From assembly GCA_963693365.1 (NCBI GenBank), contig CAVNZM010000001.1:10938161-11002160 (forward strand): 64,000 nt of DNA, read 5' to 3'. Of the stretch, positions 48,241 through 63,194 are shown one piece after another. How positions within the stretch are numbered: position 1 is the first letter of the stretch; every line of letters begins with the position of its first letter. A program made the position numbers and the translations under genes. Source of the stretch: Amoebidium appalachense. Its lineage: Eukaryota; Protista; Ichthyosporea. The notes under the pieces were generated by a model. It searched no databases. It saw nothing but the letters and a program-made list of their open reading frames with translations, and was not told the origin of the DNA.

Positions 48241-48437
48241 CCTCGCCTCCCCCTGGCCCCCCTCCCCTCCTCCCCCCCACCCCCTTCTTCCCGTTCAACC
48301 CTCCTGCTACACCTTTATTATCCTTTGCCCCCCCCCCCCCCCCCCCCCCCCTCACCCCCTCCCCCCCCCCCCCACGTGGCCCCCCCCCCACGTGCCCCCC
48401 CTCCCCCCCCCCACGTGCCCCCCCTCCCCCCCCCCAC

Positions 48438-48532
<95 letters not shown>

Positions 48533-49107
48533 GGGCCGAACAGTAGGCCTGAGGTCCCGGGACAGAGGAGGAGAGTATGATTACGAACACTAGTACTACT
48601 GCTTAGAAACCTCTAAACTTTAGACTCTACCCCCAATTTGCCTGTTATCTCACTAATGTGGGCCAAACCTGTATGCTGTAATGTGCACATTGGTCCAACT
48701 TGAAGGACTTCGCACGGCCCTCGTGTCACTCGCACTGCTCCCACGGCCGTCGGTGAGCCAACAACAAGTCGCCCACAAACGGTTACGTAATCCTCGCGAT
48801 AAAGTGGCTGATAAAAGATAATAGCCAATCATATACGATATCTAACGAGTTAAAATGATGTTGATAGAATAAAAGGGTTTAGGGTCACACTACACAGTTA
48901 GCGAGAGTTTTATCATGAGAACAAGCCCAAGGAAAAGGCTTGAACTGCCTTTCGGCAGAAGAAACCTAAAATACTCGGAGGTCGTGTTAGGCGGAGAAGT
49001 CTAACGGCAAAGTACTCCCACTGAGTCTCCATTTATTACGGTTTTAAATCTTCGCATTTTCTCGAACGGGTGTTCCTCGAGGGGCTGATCACTGTTCTGT
49101 AGGCAAG

Positions 49108-49797
49108 ATGGCAGAAACATGGGCCGAAGATGCAGGTAGGACGTTCTTGCAGTTAGACTCCCTCCGTTGTGATTTTTCTTGAGCATACAAGGAGCTCTAA
49201 TTTCCGATCAGTACGTTGGCCTTCTCAGGTAGTTTCTTTCATCGAACGTGTGTGCGCATGCGCCAGTCGCTGTGGTGAGGAGGCCTTAGTACGCTCTTGA
49301 CACATGGATACTTCTCTGCTTGAACCTTAACAAAGGAGAGCGGGGAGATGAAAAGAGGGCGTGGAGAGTGATAGGAAAAGAGTGGGGGAGGGAGGGGAAG
49401 GGGGGAAGGAGCAGGACGGAGAGGGGGGGGGATGGGGGGGGGGGATCTTTCTGCAGCTGGTTTCTAGAGATTTCATCACCAGCTCAACCTTCCCTTCTCC
49501 TGGCCTCACTTCGATTCATCTCTTCCCATAACCCCCTCCCTAACCCTCCCCCCCCCCCCCCCCCCCCCCCCCCCTCCCCCCCAAACACACACACTCTCTG
49601 CGATACCCCCTTTCCCCCACAGGTACACTACAAATATCATCCTCTTCTCCTACCTTACGGTGATAAGATCAGTTTTGTGTTTGCCCTGCCTGCATAGATT
49701 TGCTGAATTCTCTCGCTAGTGCTTTTCAAAGCAAGTTAGTTCGATCCCATTCTTTATGTTACGCTTGGCTTTCTTTTTCAGATCCTAGCACACCCGC

Positions 49798-49829
<32 letters not shown>

Positions 49830-51064
49830 CCCCCCCCCCCACCCCCCCCACCTGCCGACCCCCGAGTGCCCTGCCAGCCTCTCCCCAAGGATGAGGCATC
49901 GCAGAGAGTTGCAGGTTCTTTTTGTGCTTCGTCTTAACACTCATCATCACCACATTCTCCTTCACAATCTGGTTATTTTCTGAAGGCATCTAACCTCCGC
50001 CCCCTCCCCCTCTCCCCTCCGTTCCCCTCCCCCCTCCCCCTCCCCCCCTTTCCCCTCCCATCTCCCCTGGGTTCCGCCCCTGCAGGGTTCTCCCTGCTTG
50101 GCTCTCTCCCAGACGACATGTTGTGCCAAGTCATCACACGGCTGCCCAGCGCAGACCGCGTGCGCATGAGCCAAGTGTGCAAGCGTCTGTGCGGGCTTGC
50201 ACGTGACTTTGCTTCTGGGCCCTTCCACCTGCACCTAAAGAGCCACAAGAGGCGGAAGTTTGGTGTGGAGGCTGCAAAGGCGTGGGGACCGATAACGGGG
50301 AGTGTGACTCTGGATGACTACAAGCAGGGCTGGGCTGAGAGCTATGCAGGTGGGTGCTTGGTTGGGCCTAATTTGTTAGATATGGGAAGGAGGAGGGGGA
50401 GGGGGGAGGGGGAAGTTGAGGAGGGGAGGGGAGGGGGGGGGGAAGAATGGGGGAAGGGAGAGGGGAGGGAGGGGGGGGAAGAAGATGGGGGGGGGGGGGG
50501 GGGAGGGGGGGGGGATAGAAGCCCTTTTGTTTATCTTCTTCTTTTATTCCTTTTTTTTTGCTTTTCTTTTCTTTCTTTCTTTTCTTTTTCTTTCTTTCTT
50601 TCTTTTCTTTTTTTTTTTTTTTTTTGGGGGGGGGGGGGGTTGGGGGGGGGGGAGGTTGAGGGGGAGAGGGGGGGGGGAAGAAGGGGTGTGAAGGATTAGT
50701 GGGGGTGTATACGTGTGTGTGTGTGTGCGCGCGCACGCGTACGTTCGTGTGTGTGCGCACGTATGTGTGTGTGTATGTTTGTTGTGTGCCACCTTGTGTT
50801 TGTACCGTGGTTTGGAAAGGGGAGGGAAGCGAGTGAAGGGGGGAGAGTAAACGAGGCGGAAGAGATATGACCCAAAAACTGTTTGTGAGTCTGGTGGGAT
50901 GGATGGGTGCAGGGAGATACATTGGGGTGTATGTGTAGACACCTGCAGTTATGTATAGTGTGGTGTGCAGCTCTCTGTGTATGCGTGGGTGTGTGGGTGT
51001 GCATGGGGGAAAGGGGGGGGGGGGGTTGAATAGGGGGACCGGGGAAGAAGGCGAGTGTGTGTGT

Positions 51065-51109
<45 letters not shown>

Positions 51110-52215
51110 GAATGGGGTATACGGTGTGTGTTTTTGGGATGCGTTGTGGGTGTGGATGTGGGTACTTATTTTCTGGCATTTTGCAGTCTCGCGCCTCCCT
51201 CCTCCCCTCCCTCCTCCCCCCTCCCCTCCCCTGGGCACTGCCCTCTCTCCATCTCTCCTTCCCCCATTCCCTCTCTTCTCCTGTCCCCCTTTTTACACAA
51301 ACACCCTTCACTCATCCCTCTTTTCCTCAAAACCCACAGGCACCAAAGAGCTAGAACGCCTCCTCTCCCTGTTCAGGGAGCACTTCCCTCGTGTGCAAAC
51401 CACCCACACCCTCACGTGGTTCGAATCCGACCCCCACCGCATGACGTCATCCGCCGACATTCACATCAATATGCGCAGCGTAAAACACTTCAAGCAAACA
51501 CTTATCGTTCACCCACGCCAGTTATTGGATCCCCCAACATACACGAACCTCTGCCCGCACACGTACCTCCCGCACTCCTTCGAGTTTCGGGTCGAATCGG
51601 GCTACAACGGGCGGTGGGACCGTGAAATGCTCGAGTTTAAGCACGAGTTTCCCGAGTTGATGTGCGGGGAGTTGGAACGCGTTGTTCTACACCCGCACGT
51701 CGCTGATAGGGCGGTTGCGCGGACGGCTCTGGATGGGGGGGGATATGAGGGCCGCCTACTATTTGGATTTCCTTGAGAAAGCGGCGAATTTGTGGTATTT
51801 GAAGGCGGGCATTGCGACAATCGGGCGATATTGGACCCCCATGCGAAATCTCAAGAATTTACGCCATCTGGACCTCACCGTGGTGCAGCCGTGGGAACTG
51901 TACTTGGAGCCGGGGGAGGAAGAGTTTGTTACTGACCTCTCGTTTCTGTCACAAAATGCTAACCTCGAGTATTTCAAGCTCAGTTTCGAGGGCTCGAACC
52001 AGTGGGGGATCGGGAACAAGGAGTTTATCCTCCCAATTTGGCCCAAACTCTCTTTCCTGTCGGTGAACACGTATGTTGGGAATTTTGCGGCGGTGTATGC
52101 GGCGGCCACGAATATTACCGAGTTGCATGCGATTGTAAAGAGGTATGAGGAGGTGCGCGTGGTGGCATCAAACCCCAACCTGAAAAAACTGTCCATCACG
52201 GTGAGAAGACGTTAT

Positions 52216-52250
<35 letters not shown>

Positions 52251-53780
52251 ATCCCCTCGCTCTCTGTTTACCTTTTCTCCACATATACTTATTTATACTC
52301 CTCCTCTTGAGACCCCCCCCCCCCCCCCCCCTATCCCCTCTCTCTCCTCTCCCTTTTTTGTTCAAACCTCACTCATCTATACTCTTCAACCCTCCCTCCC
52401 TTTCCCCCCTTCCCCTCTTCTCCCCCTTTCCCAGAAACCTCACTTACCTGTTCTCTTCCCCCCCCCCCCCCCCCCCCCCCCCTCTCTTCCTCTCCCTTTC
52501 CCCCCACCCCCTGAGGATGGACTCTACGTACGATGCAAATGCTCCGTGTGGACTTTGCAATCTGCATTATTGTCGTCCGTTGTGAGTGTGTATTTCTCTC
52601 TCTATGACGTGTCTTAACCCCCCCCCCCCCCCCCCCCAACACCTCTCAGCTGGGATTCTACACCTCCCTTATGATTGTGTGAATGTAGGGGCCTACCTTT
52701 ACTTTACCCCTTGAAGAATCATATGGTTGCAAACTGCTCCTTTTCGCCCCCCCCCCCCCCCCCCCCCTCCCCCCGCGCCCTCTTCTCTTCCTGCTTTCTC
52801 TGTCTGTTTGCTTGTGATGCACCTAACCTCCCCGTGTTACCTTCGTCGATGTATTGTTGGTCTGTGTGCTTGCTTATTGGTTTAATATCCATGTTCGTTC
52901 AATTCACTTGTTTTTGGTGTGCTTTCCCCTTGTACTCCCGTTATTTTTTGGATCCCCCCTCCCCCCCCCCCTCTCCCACCTTCACCGCCAATATCACCAC
53001 CCCCTTCTCCCTGCACAAACACAGAAAGACATGTACGTGCATCCACGTCCACAAACACACATGCACACAAGGACAATATACACATACGTGTATTCACATA
53101 TATACACGCACACATGCACTCAAGGACAATATACACATACGTGTATTCACATATATACACGCACACATGCACACAAGGACAATATACACATACGTGTATT
53201 CACATACATACACGCACACGCGCACTCATAGACGTGCACTTGCACACGCACACACACTCAAACACAGATAATGAGGATAACAAAACCCTTCCTAATGTCT
53301 AGAACGCAGATTTTTTTTTGTGTGTTTCATTTCCTTTTTTCGTTTTCCCTCTGTAATATCTTCCTTCCCTCTTTACAGATTGGCGATCAGGCCGTCAAAC
53401 CCTTTCCAGACCTCGAACCTCTCTCCCAGTGCACCTCGTTAACTTCACTCGAAGTCATCATAGACACCTGGATCGGCGCAAACTTCTCCCTCGGTGCAAG
53501 CGGGTCCCTCTGTCATATCCGCAAGTTAAGAGTAACGGGAGGCAACAACACCGTGCATGATATGTCAGCCACGCAGGGGTCGGAGTCACGTGTTCTTGAA
53601 CTGACGTTGAAAGAGTGTGGGGTGGAGGGTATCCGGCTTTGTGATTGGCCGAGACTGCGCAAAGCAACACTCTACGGTATGTTAAACACATCACCCCCCC
53701 CTCCCCCCCCCTCCCCCCTCCCTCGCGGACCCCTCTCCCCCGGGTGCAGAACCTCCGCCCCCCCCCCTCCCCCTCTCCCT

Positions 53781-53811
<31 letters not shown>

Positions 53812-55330
53812 TCCCCTCCCCCCCCCCCCCCCCCCCCCTTCCCCCGCGCAAGCAGAGAATGGAGCATGAAAGATGTTGGACATACGTCTTAGTGGTGCTC
53901 GTTTTTGGCATGTCTGCGCTGAAAGCCCTCTTTTGTTGATATTCGGTGATAATTGACGGTGATTTGCAAAGACGTGAGCTGGGGGAGAGAGGGGGAGAGG
54001 AGGGAGGGAGGGACGGGGGGGGAGAGGGGGGGAGGGATGGATGTGAGGGGGTCATAAGCCAAGCAGCCAACAGAAACGAAGCAACTCCCCGATTGGAATG
54101 TATGCACCATCTAATTCATTTCACCCCGCCCACCTCCCCCCCACCCCCCGGGGACTATTCCTATGCTGCATACTCTGTGTGTGTGCTTTGTTTTGTTGCA
54201 ATTGTATTTGTATTCGTACGCCGACGGCACATCCCCCCCCCCCCCCCCCCCCCCCCTTCTCCCCCCTGTGACACCAGATGTGTCGAGAGAATAGGCCACA
54301 AACAATTTGCAACCAACAAATGCAACACTCAAAAATCCAGTGCGAATATGAAGGCTTCAGGGTGCGAGAAGGAGAGGGGGGGGGGGACAGTATCCTATAA
54401 AATACCCTCGCATCAATGGTGAAAATCTACGAAATTTGGATGGCATTTTCCTGGTATATCTTCCACTAAAAGCTGTATGGTATATCCGGACGTTTTTTCC
54501 CTACGAGGTATCCGCACCATGTACACCACAATATGTGGCGGAAACGTTCCTTTCCGTGCACAAAACATCGGATGGCGTTTTGGAATATTGGTAAATATTT
54601 TTGAAAAATATATGGTATATTAGAGGGTGTGAACACGGGCAGTTGGTCACCCCTTCCCCGTACCAGTCCTTTCGACTAACGGGGTTTCCTCGTAGATTTC
54701 GTTTCAACTAATTCCTCGTAGATTTCACACCAACTACCGGGTTTTCCTCGTAGATTTCGACGAGCGGAAAGTGGAGGCAGTGACCATGGACGGGGTTGGG
54801 CCCGACTTCATGCAGCTGCACCTCCTTGATAGCAAACTTGAAACCCTCGAGGTCGAGGGAGGGCTGCCTGGAATCCGACACCTGCTGGTGGAGAAGTTTT
54901 CAGACCCACCCCTCGAACTCACTGGTGTCGAGAGACTTACCTCGTTAGTGTCACTGACGGTCACGGTATGTTACGTTCCTCATCTCCAACCCTTCACTGG
55001 CTCCCCACCCCCATCCTTCTTTTGGCCGCGCTTACATCTCTCACTTCGCCACCCCCCCATCCCCCTTCGTCCCTGTCCCTGCCCCTCCTCGCCTCCTTCC
55101 TCTTTTTCTCCAATCTTTCCCTCCTCCCCTTTCCTCCCCCCCAATGCCCCCCCCATCCCCCCCGCTCCCTCCCTCCATCCTCCCTTACATACTCCCCCCC
55201 CTCCCCCCCTCCCCCTCCCCTGCCCCTCCCTCCATCCCCTTACTCATTATCTCCCTCACCCCCGTCACCCCCTTGTCCCCCATCCCGGGGGCCGTTTCTT
55301 CTTTCCCCCCTTCCTTGCCGCCTACCTCAC

Positions 55331-55365
<35 letters not shown>

Positions 55366-56436
55366 CCCTCCTCCCCCACCCACCCCCCCACCCCCACCCC
55401 ACCCCACGCCACCCTGGCCAAATACTTACACATACACACCCGCACCGAATCTTACATCAATATTCACATCTTTAACACACACACGCAGTATGAGAGGCAC
55501 GTTCTCCCAACCACTATTCCTTCTTGCATTCGCCTGTTCTGCATTTCCATCATCGTGTGGACATTCCACCCAACCGCCAATTTTTTCTCATTTCAGGGAC
55601 GAAATGTTAGCCAAACACCACCATATATGATAATGAACTATTTTATCGGATCTGACTGGTTTTTAGGTTATACCTATGCTAAACAGCCCCACGGTCCCTT
55701 ATTTGACATCACGTCATGCACATGACAGACTGCTATTGGCTCACGCACCACGTGATATCATAACGATCGATATGAGTTATGCCATGCACGTAGTGTTTTG
55801 ATAATTGAAATTCCAAATTCCGATTAGCAGACAAAAGAACCCCAAGGTGGAACACTTGACCCGGAAGTGTAAAACCCTCTTAGGCACTGTGCTTTTGGTC
55901 TTTTGATAGATAAAAATCGAATTTGCACGACTCATGGGCAAAAGAACCCCGAATGCTGAACATGAGTTTAAATCTCGTCTGCATGTTTTTGAACCCCTTC
56001 TCGCACTCCTTTTTCTTTTCAGGAGAAGTTGGGGGTGTACGACCTCGAGGGGATTGAGGGGGCAACTGGCCTCACATCCCTCGTTATTGAAGAGGCAAGA
56101 AACCTCGATGATCTCTCCGCGCTGTCCAACCTCAAGAAGTTAAAGAGGCTGAACCTGCACGGCCTGCCGCCCACCGCCGACCTCACCCCACTCGATAGCT
56201 GCCGAGAGCTAGTTTCGAGGAACTTCAAAAGGCTCGAGAGACCTCGGATAGTTCTTACGAAGATTGGAGTGAGGAGGGAGGGATCTTGGAACAGCCTCTC
56301 TGACTACAACGAATATTTTGACGAGGAAGACTACTTGGACATGATGGAGGATGATGATTTCTTCGAGGAAGATGGTTTCGAGGACGAGGACGGTGATGGC
56401 ATGTGGGAGGATATGGATGAGGATGACATAATGTGA
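49108..56436 (+). CDS. F-box / leucine-rich-repeat protein with acidic C-terminal tail
   Basis: Exons 49108-49135, 50086-50349, 51340-52200, 53379-53676, 54754-54965, 56023-56436. F-box LPDDMLCQVITRLPSADRVRMSQVCKRL; LRRs (LKNLRHLDL, LSQCTSLTSLEV, LSALSNLKKLKRLNL). One +1 frameshift at about 51710-51742, near a G8 run. Confidence 0.82.
52511..52617 (+). mobile_element. Diverged 3'-end copy of the poly-C-associated repeat family
   Basis: Same length as, and collinear with, 9991-10097 (CTGAGGATGG.CTCT...TTGCA.TCTGCAT...TCCGTT...TGACG); C tracts on both sides. Confidence 0.6.
53063..53215. repeat. About 3 x 53-bp minisatellite
   Basis: gcacacaaggacaatatacacatacgtgtattcacatatatacacgcacacat repeated. 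Confidence 0.9.
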
Positions 56437-56904
56437 AATGAAAGAGGGGTTTATGAACGAGGATAGTTTCTTCGAAGGAGACGATTTTGAAGACGAGCAC
56501 GAGGGTGCTGCTATATTTAGATAACAATGGTATGATGTGAAATGAAGGAGGTATCGGGTTGTATATGTGCGTGGAGGGTGTATGTATATAGTGGTGGGCT
56601 TACATGATGTAGGTTTCTTTGAGAATGTTTCTTGGTTCACAGTTGCTCGGTTTAGTGTATGTGGGGATATAAATAGATATAGTGACGTCTGGTATCAATT
56701 CATGAGCATATTTGCAGATATAGATTGTTGTTTGTATATGAAAGTACCGAAACGAAAACTATTGACGGTGTGCTCGTGCACACCTGCAAACGCACTCATG
56801 CACACACACACACGCAGACACACACGCACGCACACACGCACGCACACACACACGTGCGCGCGCACACACACACACACGCGCGCACGCACATGCACACACA
56901 CACG

Positions 56905-56958
<54 letters not shown>

Positions 56959-57550
56959 TGCCAACGTACATGAGCACTCACAACCATCTGTCTGTGGACC
57001 ATGTGCTTGTGCGTGTCCTCACGTACAGTGAGATGGATGAAAATATGTGTGCTATCCATTACAAAGATGCTATCAGGCATTGTTTAGCCCCCATCTATGA
57101 AGATTACCCAGTCTAATATATTATAAAACATATCTGTTGATCTTCCGCTTGTGTTTTAAGCTCCTTGTTTCATTGAGGTCAAAATGCTGAAACTTCTCAG
57201 GAATTGTTTGCCCATTCGAGCTATTCAGCACACAAGATGTACAAAATTTCGTGCTTGGATATCTGGAATTTTAGAATAATGAAGAAGATATAGATGGACA
57301 TTGACACTTTGTGGTCCGGTGATGTGTTGGATAGCTTGGGAAAAATAGCAAAGGTGTGGGTGGGCGGGTGGATGGATGTGTGTGGGTGGTGTTGGTGTGT
57401 TTTGAGATGGAGGGGGGAAAGGGAGGGGAAGTCACTGAGGGTGGAGGAAAGGGGAAATTCGTGCGCATGTGTGTACTATGTGGATGTCATATGATGTGTG
57501 CTTTGGGGGTGCTGTGTTCGTGGAAAAACTAACAGGGAAGGAAGGTATTC

Positions 57551-57650
<100 letters not shown>

Positions 57651-57920
57651 CATGTATGTGTGTGTGTGCGTGTGCGTGACGTGTGTGTGTGTGTGGGGGG
57701 GTGGGTGGCCGGGTGGGTGGGTGAATGTGGTGGTGGTGGGGGGGGGAGGGGGCGAGGGAGGGGGAGACTTCTTCTTTTGAGTCTAACTGCCGGAAGATTT
57801 ATCTCTTCTCAGACTCTTGCACGTTCGAGCCTACGGATCGTGTCATTTGTCTCAGCCCTCCCCCACCTACCCCCCCCTCCCTCCACCCTCCCCTCCCCCC
57901 TGGGCCAGTGGCACCCCCCG

Positions 57921-58029
<109 letters not shown>

Positions 58030-58354
58030 TCCATGTTATGTTAGCGGACGTTGATTACTTTTAAAATTGTTTCTTTTTTCTATGATGCTCGTGTTGGTCA
58101 CTGTAAGACTCTCGCCGAAGTTTTTTTCTTGTTCTTCTTCTTTTATTTTTTTGCATGCGTGTTGCAGCTCTTCTTCTTCTTCTTCTTCTTCTTCTTCTTC
58201 TTCTCCTTCTTCTTCTTTTTCTGCATGCGTGTTGCATGCACAGCTGTCCGGGGTGGGTAAGCGGGTGGGTGGGTGGGGGCGGGGGCGGGCACAGGAGGAG
58301 GTCCGACTTCCCAAGGCGGGGGGAGGGGGGGGGGGGGGGAGGAGGGGGAGAGGG

Positions 58355-58391
<37 letters not shown>

Positions 58392-58632
58392 GGATCCCAT
58401 ACTCATTACAAATGCAAGCAGCGTTATCATAATGATCACCCGTCAGAAAGAGGATGACCTTTAAGGAAAGAATGCACGACAATTTGGAATGAATATGCGT
58501 GTGCACACATACAACTCGTGCACACACACGCACACTATGACAATAGTAAAGAATATTATACCACGGACACGCGCATGCACACGCGCGCACACACGGAAAC
58601 ACACACAAACGCGTGCACACGCAAAAACACGT

Positions 58633-58674
<42 letters not shown>

Positions 58675-58687
58675 GCGCGCACACAGT

Positions 58688-58718
<31 letters not shown>

Positions 58719-58748
58719 CACATGTACACACACACACAGCCACACACA

Positions 58749-58844
<96 letters not shown>

Positions 58845-59179
58845 TCACACACCATGGCACATACACGCAGTCGACCTTCGTGTCTGTACTCATCCTCACA
58901 TAATTATGCCCTGCTAGTGTGCCATCGTATCATTCAATCAACAATTGCAAGCACGCCCATGCAACTTGCCAAATGTCCGTGTGTTCATGTGCATATGCGC
59001 ATGCACTTACAGTATACTAATACGTATTAGTACCTGAAGGGAAACATATATATGCATGTGTTTTACTGAGCACCTTTGTTTGCTATAAACAAAACTACTT
59101 CAGCTGTCCAATTTTTAGTAGTAAAACAAAACTGTTGCATGATCATGAGACGTCAGCGTGACATCATAGGAGCTAATAA

Positions 59180-59546
59180 TGCACCTTCTACGAGAAGACA
59201 CACTTTGTTTTTCGTAATTTTCGACCCTTCGCACCGATCAGAACCACATCAAACCTATATTTACTAGAAAGCTAACGTTTTCTCTATCGAGTGATACCAT
59301 TTGTTCGTTAGCGACGCGCAAATAGAAAAAGGTTTATTATGATACATGTGTTTTTTCACGTGTTTTCGATTAAAGAAATGTATTCACCAGATGACGATTG
59401 AATTGGAATTTTGAAGTCGACCAATCATCAAATCGGTTTGGTCTCAGATCAAACTATAAAATTTAAAGGATTGCTAACAATTGGATATTAAAGTTAGGTC
59501 GATCAATTCCAATCGTGCTTTAAATTTGTTTGTCTTCTCGTGATGA
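59180..59546. mobile_element. MITE family A, copy 2 (inverted relative to 17283-17659)
   Basis: Collinear reverse-complement similarity along its whole length; ends TGCACCTTCTACGAGAAGACAC / TGTCTTCTCGTGA. Confidence 0.85.
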
Positions 59547-60187
59547 TATATCTTGGCAATCTAAAGGATTACCTTTATAAGCTAACTTTAAAACTGCGCG
59601 ATTGGTTTGTTTTTATGTGAACAAAATACCATTAGATGATTGGCTGCGTTTGAGCACTTTTTACCACAAAGGAATGCAACATACAATAAAATGCCGTTTG
59701 AACACCAAAGGTCGTCACCTTCTGACCTTAGGACAGACGGACACTTGAAACACTATGATAAAAAAACACAGCATAGGGCTCGAATACAGACGCACTGATA
59801 GGCAGGCACGTCGTGGTTGTTCTCATGACAGGTGTTAAAGGTTTTTGTAAATTGATTTCGTAGACATCGGAGCATGTGCATTGTTCTTTAGATGTCTTCG
59901 TTGAAAACGCTACACACAACATCCATTCACTTGCAGACAATAGGTTTTGTTGCAACAACCTATCCAACCAGCCCCTAATACACGCATACTAGAGCAAATC
60001 TCTCTTTCGTGCACTCACGCATCTACTCTCTACTTGTAGTCACCCGCACAGAAGACACGGAAACAACAGTAGACATATGCACATACAGGAACACACACGC
60101 CGATTCACAGACACACCCACACACAGACACCCTTAAACACTCACAATCACACACACTCAGACATACAAACACACACACGCGCGCGCC

Positions 60188-60233
<46 letters not shown>

Positions 60234-60380
60234 CACACACACACACACACAGTCATACCACGGACATCTATGCCAACAACCACCACCGAACACTTACTGC
60301 TCGAGGTTTACACACCACGTAATTTAAAAGCTACATGCACCCACAAACACACACACAAATGTTAAGATAACACGAACATC

Positions 60381-60967
60381 ATGCCCACTAACGCGCGCCT
60401 GCGCGAAAGCGCAGCCCTTCTGCAAAAAGTCACCCGTGTGTTGGAGGAAAGGACACTCCCCCTCTGCCAGCAACAACCAGACAACACCGCACAAAAACCC
60501 CAACCAAAATCAGAAAATAGATGGGGGCCCAACCCTGCAATTCCCTCTGCGCCCAATGACAACGCATTTACGTTTAACAACTTAAAGAAACAGGCCGATG
60601 GCTCCTCTAAACAGACACAACCCCTTCAATCTTCAAACGCCACGGAGGGAGAAAACGATGTTTCGGAGGGAAAGCCAGCTATAAGGAGGCGTTCGTCAAA
60701 AGCGAAAAGCTCGTGGGGGGAAACTTGCAACGACGGTTAAGGCGGGCAGTGCGTTCACCGAGGGAGGGTTGAAGGGGACTGGAAGGGACCCAAAGCTGTT
60801 GTATCCACAGACATTAAGGTGGGTTAGTGCTACATGAAATGGGATGTTTGTGGGGAGGGAGAGGGCCAAGGGCAGGGAGGGGAGAGGGGGGAGGGGGGAA
60901 GGGCAGGAGCGGCCTTGGTGGCGGTGGGTAGGGGAAGGGAAGGGGTGGGAGGGGGGTTGGTGGTGGG

Positions 60968-60999
<32 letters not shown>

Positions 61000-61096
61000 A
61001 GGGGGGAGGGAGGGGGTGTGGTGGTGTTCTTAGGGGAGAGAGCGGGGGTGGATGGGTGGTTGAGTTCAGTGGACGGTACTGAGGGAGGGTGGGGGT

Positions 61097-61128
<32 letters not shown>

Positions 61129-61255
61129 GATGGGATTAAGAAGAGCAGTTTGCTGGACGAAGGACAGGTGATGGGCAAAAGGGCAGTGAGGAAGGAAGGA
61201 GAGGTTGGAGGGGCGCTTTATTTATTTTATTTTATTTTATTTTTTTTATTTTTAT

Positions 61256-61286
<31 letters not shown>

Positions 61287-61811
61287 TTGGGAGAAAGGAG
61301 AGGATGGTGGGGGAAGGGCTGGGGGGAGGGGTTACCGTTGGCGTGTAGTTGTAGAGGTCTTGGAAAGGTGGGTTGATGGAAAAGGAATATTTGCGCAGCT
61401 GGTTTTATGTGTGTGTGGCTTGTATGCGTGTTGTGCGCTCACACACGTACGTGTGTGTGTATGTGTACACGTGTGTGTATGTGTGTCCTTGTGTGCTGGT
61501 GAGTGATTGTACACTTTCATGTGGATATGGTTGTGTCGTGGGTAGGATTGAAAGGGGGCTGGGGGTGTGTCGAGCGGGTGTGTGTGCAAGTGTGTCAGTT
61601 CGTTTATCCCTTCCCCCTCCCCCCCCCCCCCCCCCCCCACACACACACCCTACCCCCCCCCCCCTCCCCCTCCCTTCCCCCCCCCCCCCCCCCCCCCACC
61701 CAACCACCAGTACCACCACCCACACGCACGTGTGTTGTGTGTACATACAGTTGTCCGTTTGTATAATCCTTACTGCCCTTGCCACCTGTCGCGCACCCCC
61801 CCCCCCCCCCC

Positions 61812-61848
<37 letters not shown>

Positions 61849-62238
61849 ACATACACACACTCTCTCTCCCTTCACCTCCCCTTCTGATGATGGCTCTGCT
61901 CAAGTGGCTATACCCTGCCCCTCCCTCCCTGCCACCTTCCTTTCTTTCTTCTGCCTACAACAAATATTGCACTATAATCCTTGATCCGAACCTATCTAAC
62001 ACATACATCCCCCTCCCCCCGCCCCCTCCCCCCCCTCCCCCCTTGTCCCCTCAAGAATCTCATCCTCCTCCTCCCCTCTTGGCCTCCCGAGATTGTGCTC
62101 CATCAAAGCATGTGTATGTCCTTTTGCCCACCACCTCACGCTATTCAGTTGCAAATTTGTACTTAACCGTGTGTGCCGTTGTTCTAACTCCCCCCCCCCC
62201 CCCCCCCCCTCCCCTCCCCCCAAACCCCCCCTGCATAC

Positions 62239-62275
<37 letters not shown>

Positions 62276-62519
62276 CACGCGGACCCAAACAAAACACAGA
62301 CACACAAGAAACACACACACGCAAACACTCACACCGGCGCACACACACACAAACACATGCACACGGACCCTCCCCCCCCCCCCCCCCCCCCCGACACACA
62401 CACACACACAACCACACCCATCCATGCACATACACACCGACATCTACCCACACACACGTGCACACACCCATACTCCCTCTCCCAACCCCCCCCTCCACCC
62501 CCCCCCCCTCCACCCCCCC

Positions 62520-62591
<72 letters not shown>

Positions 62592-62886
62592 TACTCATTA
62601 TGGCACTTCGTCATGGTTGTGGTCTCCTTCTACTACGCCTTTGCTGTTCCGATCCGTTTTTTCTTCGGGTGGGATCGGACCGCCAACATAATTTTCCAGA
62701 GTTGCGACATTTTGTGCGATCTTGTTCTCCTTTTGAACATATACGTGCAGTTGCACTCTGCATATGTGGAGATGGGCGTGATTTTCGATCAGAGTATCAA
62801 CATTTACAATCACTACGTGGTGGGTGTTGAGAGGGATGTTGGTGTGGTGTGTGTGTGTGTGTATGGACGGGGAAGGGGGGAGTTTG

Positions 62887-62959
<73 letters not shown>

Positions 62960-63116
62960 AGCCTGTGTGTGTGTGTGTGTAGGTCGGAGGGCGGGTGGGG
63001 GGGGGGGGGGGGGGTGGCGGGATGAGGGGTGGCGGGATGAGGGGTGGCGGGGAGGGGAGGGGAGGGGAGGGGAAGGGGGGGGGGTGCTTGTGTGTGTGTA
63101 TGTGTTTCCATGTGTG

Positions 63117-63194
<78 letters not shown>

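Noticed and set aside
57275-57353. Possible orphan exon (MDIDTLWSGDVLDSLGKIAK/gt)
   Set aside because: No recognisable homology or partner exons; insufficient support.
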